This document shows positions 29,801 to 47,800 of a stretch of 64,000 nucleotides of DNA, in pieces. Under the pieces are notes generated by a model that saw only the letters and a list, made by a program, of their open reading frames with translations, made no database searches and was not told where the DNA came from. The translations under genes were made by a program, and so were the position numbers. The DNA comes from Eledone cirrhosa (Eukaryota), in the NCBI GenBank assembly GCA_964016885.1, contig OZ024741.1, forward strand, positions 386,880,001 through 386,944,000, in the 5' to 3' direction. The number at the start of each line of letters is the position of its first letter. The first letter of the stretch is position 1.

Positions 29801-32800
29801 CACCAACACTAAAACTACCAACACCACCAACACTAACACTACCAACACCACCAACACCACCAACACTAACACTACCAACACCACCAACACTAAAACTACC
29901 AACACCACCAACACACACTAATAACACCACCACCACCAAAACTAGCACAACCAACACCACCAACACTAGCACTATCAACACCATCAATACTAGCACTACC
30001 AACACCACCAACACTAACACTACCAACACCATCAATACTAGCACTACCAACACCACCAACACCAACACAACCAACACTAGCACTACCAACACCACCAACA
30101 CTAACACTACCAACACCACCAACACTAACAGTACCAACACCACCAACACTAACACTAATAACACCACATACACTAACACTACCAACACCACCAACACTAG
30201 CACTACCAACACCACTAACACTAGCACTACCAACACCACCAACACTAACACTACCAACACTACCAACCCCACAAACACTAGCACTACCAACACCACCAAC
30301 ACTAACACTACCAACACCACCAACACTAACACTACCAACACCACCAACACTAACACTAATAACACCACATACACTAACACTACCAACACCACCAACACTA
30401 GCACTACCAAAACCACTAACACTAGCACTACCAACACCACCAACACTAACACTACCAACACTACCAACCCTACAAACACTAACACTACCAACACCACCAA
30501 CACTAGCACTACCAACACCACCAACTTTAACACTTCCAACACTACCAACGCTAACACTACCAACACCACCTACACCACCAACACTAACACACTACCAACA
30601 CCACCAACACTCGCACTACCAACACCACCAACACTAACACTACCAACACCACCAACACTAGCACTACTAACACCACCAACACTAACACTACCAACACCAC
30701 CAACACTAACACTACCAACACCACCAACACTAGCACTACTAATACCACCAACACTAACACTACCAACACCACCAACACTAACACTACCAACACCACCAAC
30801 ACTAGCACTACCAACACCACCAACACTCGCACTACCAACTCCATCAACACTAACACTACCAACACCACCAACACTAGCACTACTAACACCACCAACACTA
30901 ACACTACCAACACCACAAACACTAGCACTACCAACACCACCAACACTAACACTACCAACACCATCAATACTAGCACTACCAACACCACCAACACTAACAC
31001 TACCAACACCACCAACACTAGCACTACTAACACCACCAACACTAACACTACCAACACCACCAACACTAACACCACCAACACCACCAACACTAGCACTACC
31101 AACACCACCAACACTAGCACTACCAACACCACCACGACTAACACTACCAACACCACCAACAATAACACTAATAACACCACAAATATTAACACTACCAACA
31201 CCACCAACACTAACACTACTAACACCACCACCAACACTAACACTACCAACTCCACCAACACTACCAACACCACCAACACTAACACTACCAACACCACCAA
31301 CACTAACACTACCAACACCACCAACACTAACACTGCCAACACCACCAACACTAACACTACCAACACCACCAACACTAACACTACCAACACCACCAACACT
31401 AACACTAATGACACCACCAACACTAACACTACCAACACCACCAACACTAACACTACCAACACTACCAACACTAACACTACCAACTCCACCAACACTAACA
31501 CTACCAACACCACCAACACTAACACTACCAACACCACCAACACTAACACTACCAACTCCACCAACACTAGCACTACCAACACCACCAACACTAACACTAC
31601 CAACACCACCAAGACTAACACTACCAACTCCACCAACACTACCAACACCACCAACACTAACACTACCAACACCACCAACACTAACACTACCAACACCACC
31701 AACACTAACATTACCAACACCACCAACACTAACACTACCAACTCCACCAACACTAGCACTACCAACACCTCCAACACTAGCACTACCAACACCACCAACT
31801 TTAACACTTCCAACACCACCAACGCTAACACTACCAACACCACCTACACCACCAACACTAACACTACCAACACCACCAACACTAACACTACCAACACCAC
31901 CAAGACTAACACTACCAACTCCACCAACACTAACACTACCAACACCACCAACACTAACACTACCACCACCACCAACACTAACAACACCACCAAGACTAAC
32001 ACTACCAACTCCACCAACACTAACACTACCAACACCACCAACACTAACACTACCAACACCACCAACACTAACACTACCAACTCCACCAACACTAGCACTA
32101 CCAACACCACCAACACTAACACTACCAACACCACCAAGACTAACACTACCAACTCCACCAACACTACCAACACCACCAACACTAACACTACCAACACCAC
32201 CAACACTAACACTACCAACACCACCAACACTAACACTACCAACACCACCAACACTAACATTACCAACACCACCAACACTAACAGTACCAACACCTCCAAC
32301 ACTAGCACTACCAACACCACCAAATTTAACACTTCCAACACCACCAACGCTAACACTACCAACACCACCTACACCACCAACACTAACACACTACCAACAG
32401 CACCAACACTAACACTACCAACACCGCCAACACTAACACTACCAACACCACCAACACTAGCACTACGAACACCACCAACACTAACACTACCAACACCGCC
32501 AACACTAACACTACCAACACCACCAACACTAGCACTACTAACACCACCAACACTAACACTACCAACACCACCAACACTAACACTACCAACACCACCAACT
32601 CTAACACTACCAACACCACCAAGACTAACACTACCAACTCCACCAACACTACCAACACCACCAACACTAACACTACCAACACTAACACTACCAACACTAA
32701 CACTACCAACACCACAAACACTAACACTACCAACACCACCAACACTAACACTACCAACACCACCAACACTAACACAACCAACACCACCAACACTAACACT

Positions 32801-35800
32801 ACCAACACCACCAACACTAGCACTACCAACACCACCGACACTAACACTACCAACACCACCAACACTACACTAACACTACCAACACCACCAACACTAACAC
32901 AACCAACACCAACAACACTAACACTACCAACACCACCAACAGTAACACTAATAACACCACCAACACCAACACACTACCAACACCACAAACACTAACACTA
33001 CCAACACAACCAACACTAACACTACCAAAACCACCAACACTAACACTACCAACACCACCTACACTAACACTACCAACACCACCAACACTAACACAACCAA
33101 CACCACCAACACTAACACAACCAACACCACCAACACTAACACTACCAACACCACCAACAGTAACACTAATAACACCACCAACACCAACACACTACCAACA
33201 CCACAAACACTAACACTACCAACACAACCAACACTAACACTACCAAAACCACCAACACTAACACTACCAACACCACCTACACTAACACTACCAACACCAC
33301 CAACACTAACACAACCAACACCACCAACACTAACACAACCAACACCACCAACACTAACACTACCAACACCACCAACACTAACACTAATAACACCACCAAC
33401 ACCAACACACTACCAACACCACAAACACTAACACTACCAACACCACCAACACTAGCACTACCAACACCACCAACACTAACACTACCAACACCACCAACAC
33501 TAACACTACCAACACAACCAACACAAACACTACCAACACCACCAACACTAGCACTACCAACACCATCAACACTAACACTACCAACACCACCAACACTCGC
33601 ACTACCAACAGCACCAACACTAACACTACCAACACCACCAGCACTAGTACTACCAACACCACCAACACTAACACTACCAACACCACCAACACTAACACTA
33701 CCAACACCACCAACACTAACACTATCAACACCACCAACACTAACACTACCAACACAACCAACACAAACACTACCAACACCACCAAAACTAGCACTACCAA
33801 CACCACCAACACTAGTACTACCAACACCACCAACACTAACACTACCAACACCACCAACACTAGCACTACCAACACCACCAAAACTAACACTACCAGCACC
33901 ATCAACACTAGCACTACCAACACCACCAACACTAACACTACCAGCACCATCAACACTAACACTACCAACACTACCAACACTAACACTACCAACATCACCA
34001 ACACTAACACTACCAACACCACCAACACTAACACTACCAGCACCATCAACACTAACACTACCAGCACCATCAACACTAGCACTACCAACACTACCAACAC
34101 TCGCACTACCAACACCACCAACACTAACACTACCAACACCACCAACACTAACACTACCAACACCACCAACACTAACACTACCAACACCACCAACACTAAC
34201 ATTACCAACACCACCAACACTAACACTACCAACACCACCAACACTAGCACTACCAACACCACCAACACTAACACTACCAACACCACCAACACTAACACTA
34301 CCAACACCACCAACACTAGCACTACCAACACCATCAACACTAACACTACCAACACCACCAACACTCGCACTACCAACAGCACCAACACTAACACTACCAA
34401 CACCACCAACACTAGTACTACCAACACCACCAACACTAACACTACCAACACCACCAACACTAACACTACCAACACCACCAACACTAACACTACCAACAGC
34501 ACCAACACTAACACTACCAGCACCATCAACACTAACACTACCAGCACCATCAACACTAGCACTACCAACACTACCAACACTCGCACTACCAACACCACCA
34601 ACACTAACACTACCAACACCACCAACACTAACACTACCAACACCACCAACACTAACACTACCAGCACCATCAACACTAACACTACCAGCACCATCAACAC
34701 TAACACTACCAACACCACCAACACTAACACTACCAACACTAACAATACCAACACCACCAACACTCGCTCTACCAACAGCACCAACACTAACACTACCAAC
34801 ACCACCAACACTCGCACTACCAACACCACCAACACTCGCACTACCAACACCACCAACACTAACACTACCGACACCACCAACACTAACACTACCAACAGCA
34901 CCAACACTAACACTACCAACACCACCAAAACTAGCACTACCAACACCACCAACACTAACACTACCAACAGCACCAACACTAACACTACCAACACCACCAA
35001 CACTAGCACTACCAACACCACCAACACTCGCACTACCAACAGCACCAACTCTAACACTACCAACACCACCAACACTAACACTACCAACACCACCAACACT
35101 AGCACTACCAACACCACCAACACTAGCACTACCAACACCACCAACACTAGCACTACCAACACCACTAACACTAACACTACCAACACCACCAACACTAGTA
35201 CTACCAACACCACCAACACCAACACCACCAACACTAACACTACTAACACCACTAACACTAACACTACCAACACCACCAACACTAGCACTACCAACACCAC
35301 TAACACTAACACTACCAACACCACCAACACTAGTACTACCAACACCACCAACACCAACACCACCAACACTAACACTACTAACACCACCAGCACTAACACT
35401 ACCAACACCACCAACACTCGCACTACCAACACCACCAACACTAACACTACCAACACCACCAACACTAACACTACCAACACCACCAACACTCGCACTACCA
35501 ACACCACCCACACTAACACTACCAACACCACCAACACTAGTACTACCAACACCACCAACACTAACACTACCAGCACCACCAACACTAACACTACCAACAC
35601 CACCAACACTAACACTACCAACACCACCAACACTAACACTACCAACACCACCAACACTAACACTACCAACACCACCAACACTAACACTACCAACACCACC
35701 AACACTACCAACACCACCAACACTAACACTACCAACACCACCAACACTAACACTACCAACACCACCAACACTAACAATACCAACACCACCAACACTAACA

Positions 35801-38800
35801 CTACCAACACCACCAACACTAACACTACCAACATCACCAACACTAACACTACCAACACCACCAACACTAACACCACCAACACCACCAACACTAGCACTAC
35901 TAACACCACCAACACTAACACTACCAACACCACCAACACTAACACTACCAACACCACCAACACTAGCACTACTAACACCACCAACACTAACACTACCAAC
36001 ACCACCAACACTAGCACTACCAACACCACTAACACTGACACTACCAACACCACCAACACTAACACTACCAACACCCCCAACACTAGCACTACCAACACCA
36101 CCAACACTCGCACTACCAACAGCACCAACACTAACCCTACCAACACCACCAACACTAACACTACCAACACCACCAACACTAGCACTACCAACACCACCAA
36201 CACTCGCACTACCAACACCATCAACACTAACACTACCAACACCACCAACACTGACACTACCAACACCACCAACACTAACATACCAACACCACCAACACTA
36301 ACACTACCAACACCACCAACACCACCAACACTAACACTACCAACACCACCAACACTAAAACTACCAACACCGCCAACACTAACACTACCAACACCACCAA
36401 CACTAACACTACCAACACCACCAACATTAAAACTACCAACACCACCAACACACACTAATAACACCACCACCACCAATACTAGCACAACCAACACCACCAA
36501 CACCACCAACACTAACACTAACAAGACCACCAACATTAACACTACCAACACCACCAACACTAGCACTATCAACACCATCAATACTAGCACTACCAACACC
36601 ACCAACACTAACACTACCAACACCATCAATACTAGCACTACCAACACCACCAACACCAACACCACCAACACTAGCACTACCAACACCACCAACATTAACA
36701 CTACCAACACCACCAACACTAACACTACCAACACCACCAACACTAACACTAATAACACCACATACACTAACACTACCAACACCACCAACACTAGCACTAC
36801 CAACACCACTAACACTAGCACTACCAACACCACCAACACTAACACTACCAACACTACCAACCCCACAAACACTAGCACTACCAACACCACCAACACTAAC
36901 ACTACCAACACCACCATCACTAACACTACCAACACCACCAACACTAACACTAATAACACCACATACACTAACACTACCAACACCACCAACACTAGCACTA
37001 CCAACACCACTAACACTAGCACTACCAACACCACCAACACTAACACTACCAACACTACCAACCCCACAAACACTAACACTACCAACACCACCAACACTAG
37101 CACTACCAACACCACCAACTTTAACACTTCCAACACCACCAACGCTAACACTACCAACACCACCTACACCACCAACACTAACACACTACCAACACCACCA
37201 ACACTCGCACTACCAACACCACCAACACTAACACTACCAACACCACCAACACTAGCACTACTAACACCACCAACACTAACACTACCAACACCACCAACAC
37301 TAACACTACCAACACCACCAACACTAGCACTACTAACACCACCAACACTAACACTACCAACACCACCAACACTAACACTACCAACACCATCAACACTAGC
37401 ACTACCAACACCACCAACACTCGCACTACCAACACCATCAACACTAACACTACCAACACCACCAACACTAGCACTACTAACACCACCAACACTAACACTA
37501 CCAACACCACAAACACTAGCACTACCAACACCACCAACACTAACACTACCAACACCATCAATACTAGCACTACCAACACCACCAACACTAACACTACCAA
37601 CACCACCAACACTAGCACTACCAACACCACAAACACTAACACTACCAACACCACCAACACTAACACTACCAACACCACCAACACTCACACTACCACCACC
37701 ACCAACACTAGCAGAACCAACACCACCAACACCACCAACACCACCAACACTAACACTAACAACACCACCAACATTAACACTACCAACACCACCAACACTA
37801 GCACTACCAACACCATCAATACTAGCACTACCAACACCATCAACACTATCACTACCAACACCATCAACACTAGCACTACCAACACCATCAATACTAGCAC
37901 TACCAACACCATCAACACTAGCACTACCAACACCATCAACACTAGCACTACCAACACCATCAATACTAGCACTACCAACACCATCAACACTAGCACTACC
38001 AACACCATCAACACTAGCACTACCAACACCATCAATACTAGCACTACCAACACCATCAACACTAGCACTGCCAACACCATCAATACTACCAATACCACCA
38101 ACACTAACACTAACACCACCAACACCACCAACACTAACACTACCAACACCATCAATACTAGCACTACCAACACCACCAACACCAACACTACCAACACTAG
38201 CACTACCAACACCACCAACACTAACACTACCAACACCACCAACACTAACACTACCAACACCACCAACACTAACACTAATAACACCACCAACACTAACACT
38301 ACCAACACCACCAACAATAACACTACCAACACCACCAACTTTAACACTTCCAACACCACCAACACTAACACTACCAACACCACCAACACTAACACTACCA
38401 ACACCACCAACACTAACACTACCAACTCCACCAACACTAACACTACAAAAACCACCAACACTAACACTACCAACACCACCAAGACTAACACTACCAACAC
38501 CACCAACACTCACACTACCAACACCAACAACACTAACACCACCAACACTAACACTACCAACACTAACACTACCAACACTAACACTACCAACACCACCAAC
38601 ACTAGTACTACCAACACCACCAACACTAACACTACCAACACCACCAACACTAGCACTACTAACACCACCAACACTAACACTACCAACACCACCAACACTA
38701 GCACTATTAACACCACCAACACTAACACTACCAACACCACCAACACTAACACTACCAACACCACCAACACTAACACTACCAACACCGCCAACACTACCAA

Positions 38801-41800
38801 CACCACCAACACTGACACTACCAACACCATCAATACTAGCACTACTAACACCACCAACACTAACACTATCAACACCACCAACACTAACACTACCAAGACC
38901 ACCAACACTAGCACTACCAACAACACCAAGTCTCGCACTACCAACACCACCAACACTAACACTACCAACAGCACCAACACTAACACTACCAATACCACCA
39001 ACACTAGCACTACCAACACCACCAACGCTCGCACTACCAACACCACCAACACTAACACTACCAGCACCACCAACACTAACACTACCAACACCACCAACAC
39101 TAACACTACCAACACCACCAACACTAACACTACCAACACCACCAACACTAGTACTACCAACACCACCAACACTAACACTACCAACACCACCAACACTAGC
39201 ACTACCAACACCACCAACTCTAACACTTCCAACACCACCAACGCTAACACTACCAACACTACCAACACCACCAACACTAACACACTACCAACAGCACCAA
39301 CACTAATACTACCAATACCGCCAACACTAACATTACCAACACCACCAACACTAGCACTACTAACACGACCAACACTAACATACCAACACCACCAACACTA
39401 ACACTACCAACACCACCAAGACTAACACTACCAACACCACCTACACTAGCACTACCAACACCACCAACACTAACACTACCAACACCGTCAATACTAGCAC
39501 TACCAACACCACCAACACTAACACTACCAACACTAACACTACCAACACCACCAACACTAACACTACCAACACCACCAACACTAACACCACCAACACCACC
39601 AACACTAGCACTACCAACACCACCAACACTAGCACTACCAACACCACCACGACTAACACTACCAACACCACCAACAATAACACTAATAACACCACAAATA
39701 TTAACACTACCAACACCACCAACACTAACACTACTAACACCACCACCAACACTAACACTACCAACTCCACCAACACTACCAACACCACCAACACTAACAC
39801 TACCAACACCACCAACACTAACACTACCAACACCACCAACACTAACACTGCCAACACCACCAACACTAACACTAATAACACCACCAACACTAACAACACC
39901 ACCAATGCAAACACTGCCAACACCACCAACACTAATGACACCTCCAACACTAACACTACTAACACCACCAACACTAACACTACCAACACCGCCAACACTA
40001 ACACTTCCAACACCACCAACACTAACACTACCAACACCACCAACATTAAAACTACCAACACCACCAACACACACTAATAACACCACCACCACCAATACTA
40101 GCACAACCAACACCACCAACACCACCAACACTAACACTAACAAGACCACCAACATTAACACTACCAACACCACCCACACTAGCACTATCAACACCATCAA
40201 TACTAGCACTACCAACACCACCAACACTAACACTACCAACACCATCAATACTAGCACTACCAACACCACCAACACCAACACCACCAACACTAGCACTACC
40301 AACACCACCAACATTAACACTACCAACACCACCAACACTAACACTACCAACACCACCAACACTAACACTAATAACACCACATACACTAACACTACCAACA
40401 CCACCAACACTAGCACTACCAACACCACTAACACTAGCACTACCAACACCACCAACACTAACACTACCAACACTACCAACCCCACAAACACTAGCACTAC
40501 CAACACAACCAACACTAACACTACCAACACCACCAACACTAACACTACCAACACCACCAACACTAACACTAATAACACCACATACACTAACACTACCAAC
40601 ACCACCAACACTAGCACTACCAACACCACTAACACTAGCACTACCAACACCACCAACACTAACACTACCAACACTACCAACCCCACAAACACTAACACTA
40701 CCAACACCACCAACACTAGCACTACCAACACCACCAACTTTAACACTTCCAACACCACCAACGCTAACACTACCAACACCACCTACACCACCAACACTAA
40801 CACACTACCAACACCACCAACACTCGCACTACCAACACCACCAACACTAACACTACCAACACCACCAACACTAGCACTACTAACACCACCAACACTAACA
40901 CTACCAACACCACCAACACTAACACTACCAACACCATCAACACTAGCACTACCAACACCACCAACACTCGCACTACCAACACCATCAACACTAACACTAC
41001 CAACACCACCAACACTAGCACTACTAACACCACCAACACTAACACTACCAACACCACAAACACTAGCACTACCAACACCACCAACACTAACACTACCAAC
41101 ACCATCAATACTAGCACTACCAACACCACCAACACTAACACTACCAACACCACCAACACTAGCACTACCAACACCACAAACACTAACACTACCAACACCA
41201 CCAACACTAACACTACCAACACCACCAACACTAACACTACCACCACCACCAACACTAGCAGAACCAACACCACCAACACCACCAACACCACCAACACTAA
41301 CACTAACAACACCACCAACATTAACACTACCAACACCACCAACACTAGCACTACCAACACCATCAATACTAGCACTACCAACACCATCAACACTATCACT
41401 ACCAACACCATCAACACTAGCACTACCAACACCATCAATACTAGCACTACCAACACCATCAAAACTAGCACTACCAACACCATCAACACTAGCACTACCA
41501 ACACCATCAATACTAGCACTACCAACACCATCAACACTAGCACTACCAACACCATCAACACTAGCACTACCAACACCATCAATACTAGCACTACCAACAC
41601 CATCAACACTAGCACTGCCAACACCATCAATACTACCAATACCACCAACACTAACACTAACACCACCAACACCACCAACACTAACACTACCAACACCATC
41701 AATACTAGCACTACCAACACCACCAACACCAACACTACCAACACTAGCACTACCAACACCACCAACACTAACACTACCAACACCACCAACACTAACACTA

Positions 41801-44800
41801 CCAACACCACCAACACTAACACTAATAACACCACCAACACTAACACTACCAACACCACCAACAATAACACTACCAACACCACCAACTTTAACACTTCCAA
41901 CACCACCAACACTAACACTACCAACACCACCAACACTAACACTACCAACACCACCAACACTAACACTACCAACTCCACCAACACTAACACTACAAAAACC
42001 ACCAACACTAACACTACCAACACCACCAAGACTAACACTACCAACACCACCAACACTCACACTACCAACACCACCAACACTAACACCACCAACACTAACA
42101 CTACCAACACTAACACTACCAACACCACCAACACTAGTACTACCAACACCACCAACACTAACACTACCAACACCACCAACACTAGCACTACTAACACCAC
42201 CAACACTAACACTACCAACACCACCAACACTAGCACTATTAACACAAACCAACACTAACACTACCAACACCACCAACACTAACACTACCAACACCACCAA
42301 CACTAACACTACCAACACCGCCAACACTAACACTACCAACACCACCAACACTACCAACACCACCAACACTGACACTACCAACACCATCAATACTAGCACT
42401 ACTAACACCACCAACACTAACACTATCAACACCACCAACACTAACACTACCAAGACCACCAACACTAGCACTACCAACAACACCAAGACTCGCAGTACCA
42501 ACACCACCAACACTAACACTACCAACAGCACCAACACTAACACTACCAATACCACCAACACTAGCACTACCAACACCACCAACGCTCGCACTACCAACAC
42601 CACCAACACTAACACTACCAGCACCACCAACACTAACACTACCAACACCACCAACACTAACACTACCAACACCACCAACACTAACACTACCAACACCACC
42701 AACACTAGTACTACCAACACCACCAACACTAGCACTACAAACACCACCAACTCTAACACTTCCAACACCACCAACGCTAACAATACCAACACTACCAACA
42801 CCACCAACACTAACACACAACCAACAGCACCAACACTAATACTACCAATACCGCCAACACTAACATTACCAACACCACCAACACTAGCACTACTAACACG
42901 ACCAACACTAACATACCAACACCACCAACACTAACACTACCAACACCACCAAGACTAACACTACCAACACCACCTACACTAGCACTACCAACACCACCAA
43001 CACTAACACTACCAACACCGTCAATACTAGCACTACCAACACCACCAACACTAACACTACCAACACTAACACTACCAACACCACCAACACTAACACTACC
43101 AACACCACCAACACTAACACCACCAACACCACCAACACTAGCACTACCAACACCACCAACACTAGCACTACCAACACCACCACGACTAACACTACCAACA
43201 CCACCAACAATAACACTAATAACACCACAAATATTAACACTACCAACACCACCAACACTAACACTACTAACACCACCACCAACACTAACACTACCAACTC
43301 CACCAACACTACCAACACCACCAACACTAACACTACCAACACCACCAACACTAACACTACCAACACCACCAACACTAACACTGCCAACACCACCAACACT
43401 AACACTAATAACACCACCAACACTAACAACACCACCAATGCAAACACTGCCAACACCACCAACACTAATGACACCTCCAACACTAACACTACTAACACCA
43501 CCAACACTAACACTACCAACACCACCAACACTAACACTACCAACACCACCAACACTAACACTAATGACACCACCAACACTAACACTACCAACACCACCAA
43601 CACTAACACTACCAACACTACCAACACTAACACTACCAACTCCACCAACACTAACACTACCAACACCACCAACACTAACACTACCAACACCACCAACACT
43701 AACACTACCAACACCACCAAGACTAACACTACCAACTCCACCAACACTAACACTACCAACACCACCAACACTAACACTACCACCACTACCAACACTAACA
43801 CTACCAACACCACCAAGACTAACACTACCAACTCCACCAACACTAACACTACCAACACCACCAACACTAACACTACCAACACCACCAACACTAACACTAC
43901 CAACTCCACCAACACTAGCACTACCAACACCACCAACACTAACACTACCAACACCACCAAGACTAACACTACCAACTCCACCAACACTACCAACACCACC
44001 AACACTAACACTACCAACACCACCAACACTAACACTACCAACACTAACACTACCAACACTAACACTACCAACACTAACACTACCAACACCACAAACACTA
44101 ACACTACCAACACCACCAACACTAACACTACCAACACCACCAACACTAACACAACCAACACCACCAACACTAACACTACCAACACCACCAACACTAGCAC
44201 TACCAACACCACCGACACTAACACTACCAACACCACCAACACTAACACTACCAACACCACCAACACTAACACAACCAACACCAACAACACTAACACTACC
44301 AACACCACCAACAGTAACACTAATAACACCACCAACACCAACACACTACCAACACCACAAACACTAACACTACCAACACAACCAACACTAACACTACCAA
44401 AACCACCAACACTAACACTACCAACACCACCAACACTAACACTACCAACACCACCAACACTAACACAACCAACACCACCAACACTAACACAACCAACACC
44501 ACCAACACTAACACTACCAACACCACCAACACTAACACTAATAACACCACCAACACCAACACACTACCAACACCACAAACACTAACACTACCAACACCAC
44601 CAACACTAACACTACCAACACCACCAACACTAACACTAATAACACCACCAACACTAATACTACCAACACCACCAACACTAACACTACCAACACCACCAAC
44701 ACTAGCACTACCAACACCACCAACACTAGCACTACCACCACCACAACCAACACTAACACTACCAACACCACCAACACTAACACTACCAACACCACCAACA

Positions 44801-47800
44801 CTAACACTACCAAAACCACCAACACTAGCACTACCAATACCACCAACACTCGCACTACCAACAGCACCAACACTAACACTACCAGCACCACCAACACTAA
44901 CACTACCTACACCACCAACACTAACACTACCAACACCACCAACACTAACACTACCAACACCACCAACTCTAACACTTCCAACACCACCAACGTTAACACT
45001 ATCAACACTACCAACACCACCAACACTAACACACTACCAACAGCACCAACACTAACACTACCAACACCGCCAACACTAACACTACCAACACCACCAACAC
45101 TAGCACTACTAATACGACCAACACTAACATACCAACACCACCAACACTAACACTACCAACACCACCAAGACTAACACTACCAACACCACCTACACTAGTA
45201 CTACCAACACCACCAACACTAACACTACCAACACCACCAACACTAACACTACCAGCACCACCAACACTAGCACTACTAACACGACCAACACTAACATACC
45301 AACACCACCAACACTAACACTACCAACACCACTAACACTAGCACAACCAACACCACCAACACCACCAACACTAACAACACCATCAACACTAGCACTACCA
45401 ACACCACCAGCACTAACACTACCAACACCACCAACACTAACACTACCAACACCATCAATACTAGCACTACCAACACCATCAACACTAGCACTACCAACAC
45501 CACCAACACTAACACTACCAACACCATCAATACTAGCACTACCAACACCATCAACACTAACACTACCAACACCACCAACACTAGCACTACCAACACCACC
45601 AACACTAACACTACCAACACCATCAATACTAGCACTACCAACACCACCAACACTAACACTACCAACACTAACACTACCAACACCACCAACACTAACACTA
45701 CCAACACCACCAACACTAGCACTACCAACACCACCAACACTATCACTACCAACACCACCAACACTAACACTACCAACACTAACACTAATAACACCACCAC
45801 CACTAGCACTACCAACACCACCAAGACTAACACTACCAACACTACCAACAATAACACTAATAACACCACAAATACTAACACTACTAACACCACCACCAAG
45901 ACTAACACTACCAACTCCACCAACACTACCAACACCACCAACACTAACACTACCAACACTACACTACCAACACTAAGACTAGCACTACGAACACCACCAA
46001 CACTAACACTACCAACACCACCAACACTAACAATAATAACACCACCAACACTAACACTACCAACACCACCAACACTAATGACACCACCAACACTAACACT
46101 ACTAACACCACCAAGACTAACACTACCAACTCCACCAACACTAACACTACCAACACCACCAACACTAACACTACCAACTCCACAAACACTAACACTACCA
46201 ACACCACCAACACTAACACTACCAACACCACCAACACTAACACTACCAACACCACCAACACTAACACTACCAACACCACCAACACTAACACTACCAACAC
46301 CACAAACACTAACACTACCAACACCTCCAACACTAACACTACCAACACCACCAACACTAGCACTACCAACACCTCCAACACTAGCACTACCAACACTACC
46401 AACTTTAACACTTCCAACACCACCAAGACTAACACTACCAACACCACCAACACTAACACTCCCAGCACCACCAACACTAACACTACCAACGCCACCAACA
46501 TTAACACTATCAACACCACTAACACTAACACTACCAACACCACCAACACTAACACTACCAACACCACCAACACTAGTACTACCAACACCACCAACACCAC
46601 CAACACTAACACTACCAACACCACCAACACTAGCACTACCAACACCACCAACACTAACACTACCAACACCATCATTACTAGCACTATCAACACTATCAAC
46701 ACTAGCACTACCAACACCACCAACACTAACACTACCAACACCAACACTACCAACACCACAAACACTAGCACTCCCAACACCACCAACACTAACACTACCA
46801 ACACCACCAACTCTAACACTACCAACACCACCAAGACTAACACTACCAACTCCACCAACACTACCAACACCACCAACACTAACACTACCAACACTAACAC
46901 TACCAACACTAACACTACCAACACCACAAACACTAACACTACCAACACCACCAACACTAACACTACCAACACCACCAACACTAACACTAATAACACCACC
47001 AACGCTAACACTACCAACACCACCTACACCACCAACACTAACACACTACCAACAGCACCAACACTAACACTACCAACACTGCCAACACTAACACTACCAA
47101 CACCACCAACACTAGCACTACTAACACCACCAACACTAACACTACCAACACCACCAACACTAACACTACCAACACCACCAACACTAACACTCCCAGCACC
47201 ACCAACACTAACACTACCAACGCCACCAACATTAACACTATCAACACCACTAACACTAACACTACCAACACCACCAACACTAACACTACCAACACCACCA
47301 ACACTAGTACTACCAACACCACCAACACCACCAACACTAACACTACCAACACCACCAACACTAGCACTACCAACACCACCAACACTAACACTACCAACAC
47401 CATCATTACTAGCACTATCAACACTATCAACACTAGCACTACCAACACCACCAACACTAACACTACCAACACCAACACTACCAACACCACAAACACTAGC
47501 ACTCCCAACACCACCAACACTAACACTACCAACACCACCAACTCTAACACTACCAACACCACCAAGACTAACACTACCAACTCCACCAACACTACCAACA
47601 CCACCAACACTAACACTACCAACACTAACACTACCAACACTAACACTACCAACACCACAAACACTAACACTACCAACACCACCAACACTAACACTACCAA
47701 CACCACCAACACTAACACTAATAACACCACCAACACTAATACTACCAACACCACCAACACTAACACTACCAACACCACCAACATTAGCACTACCAACACC

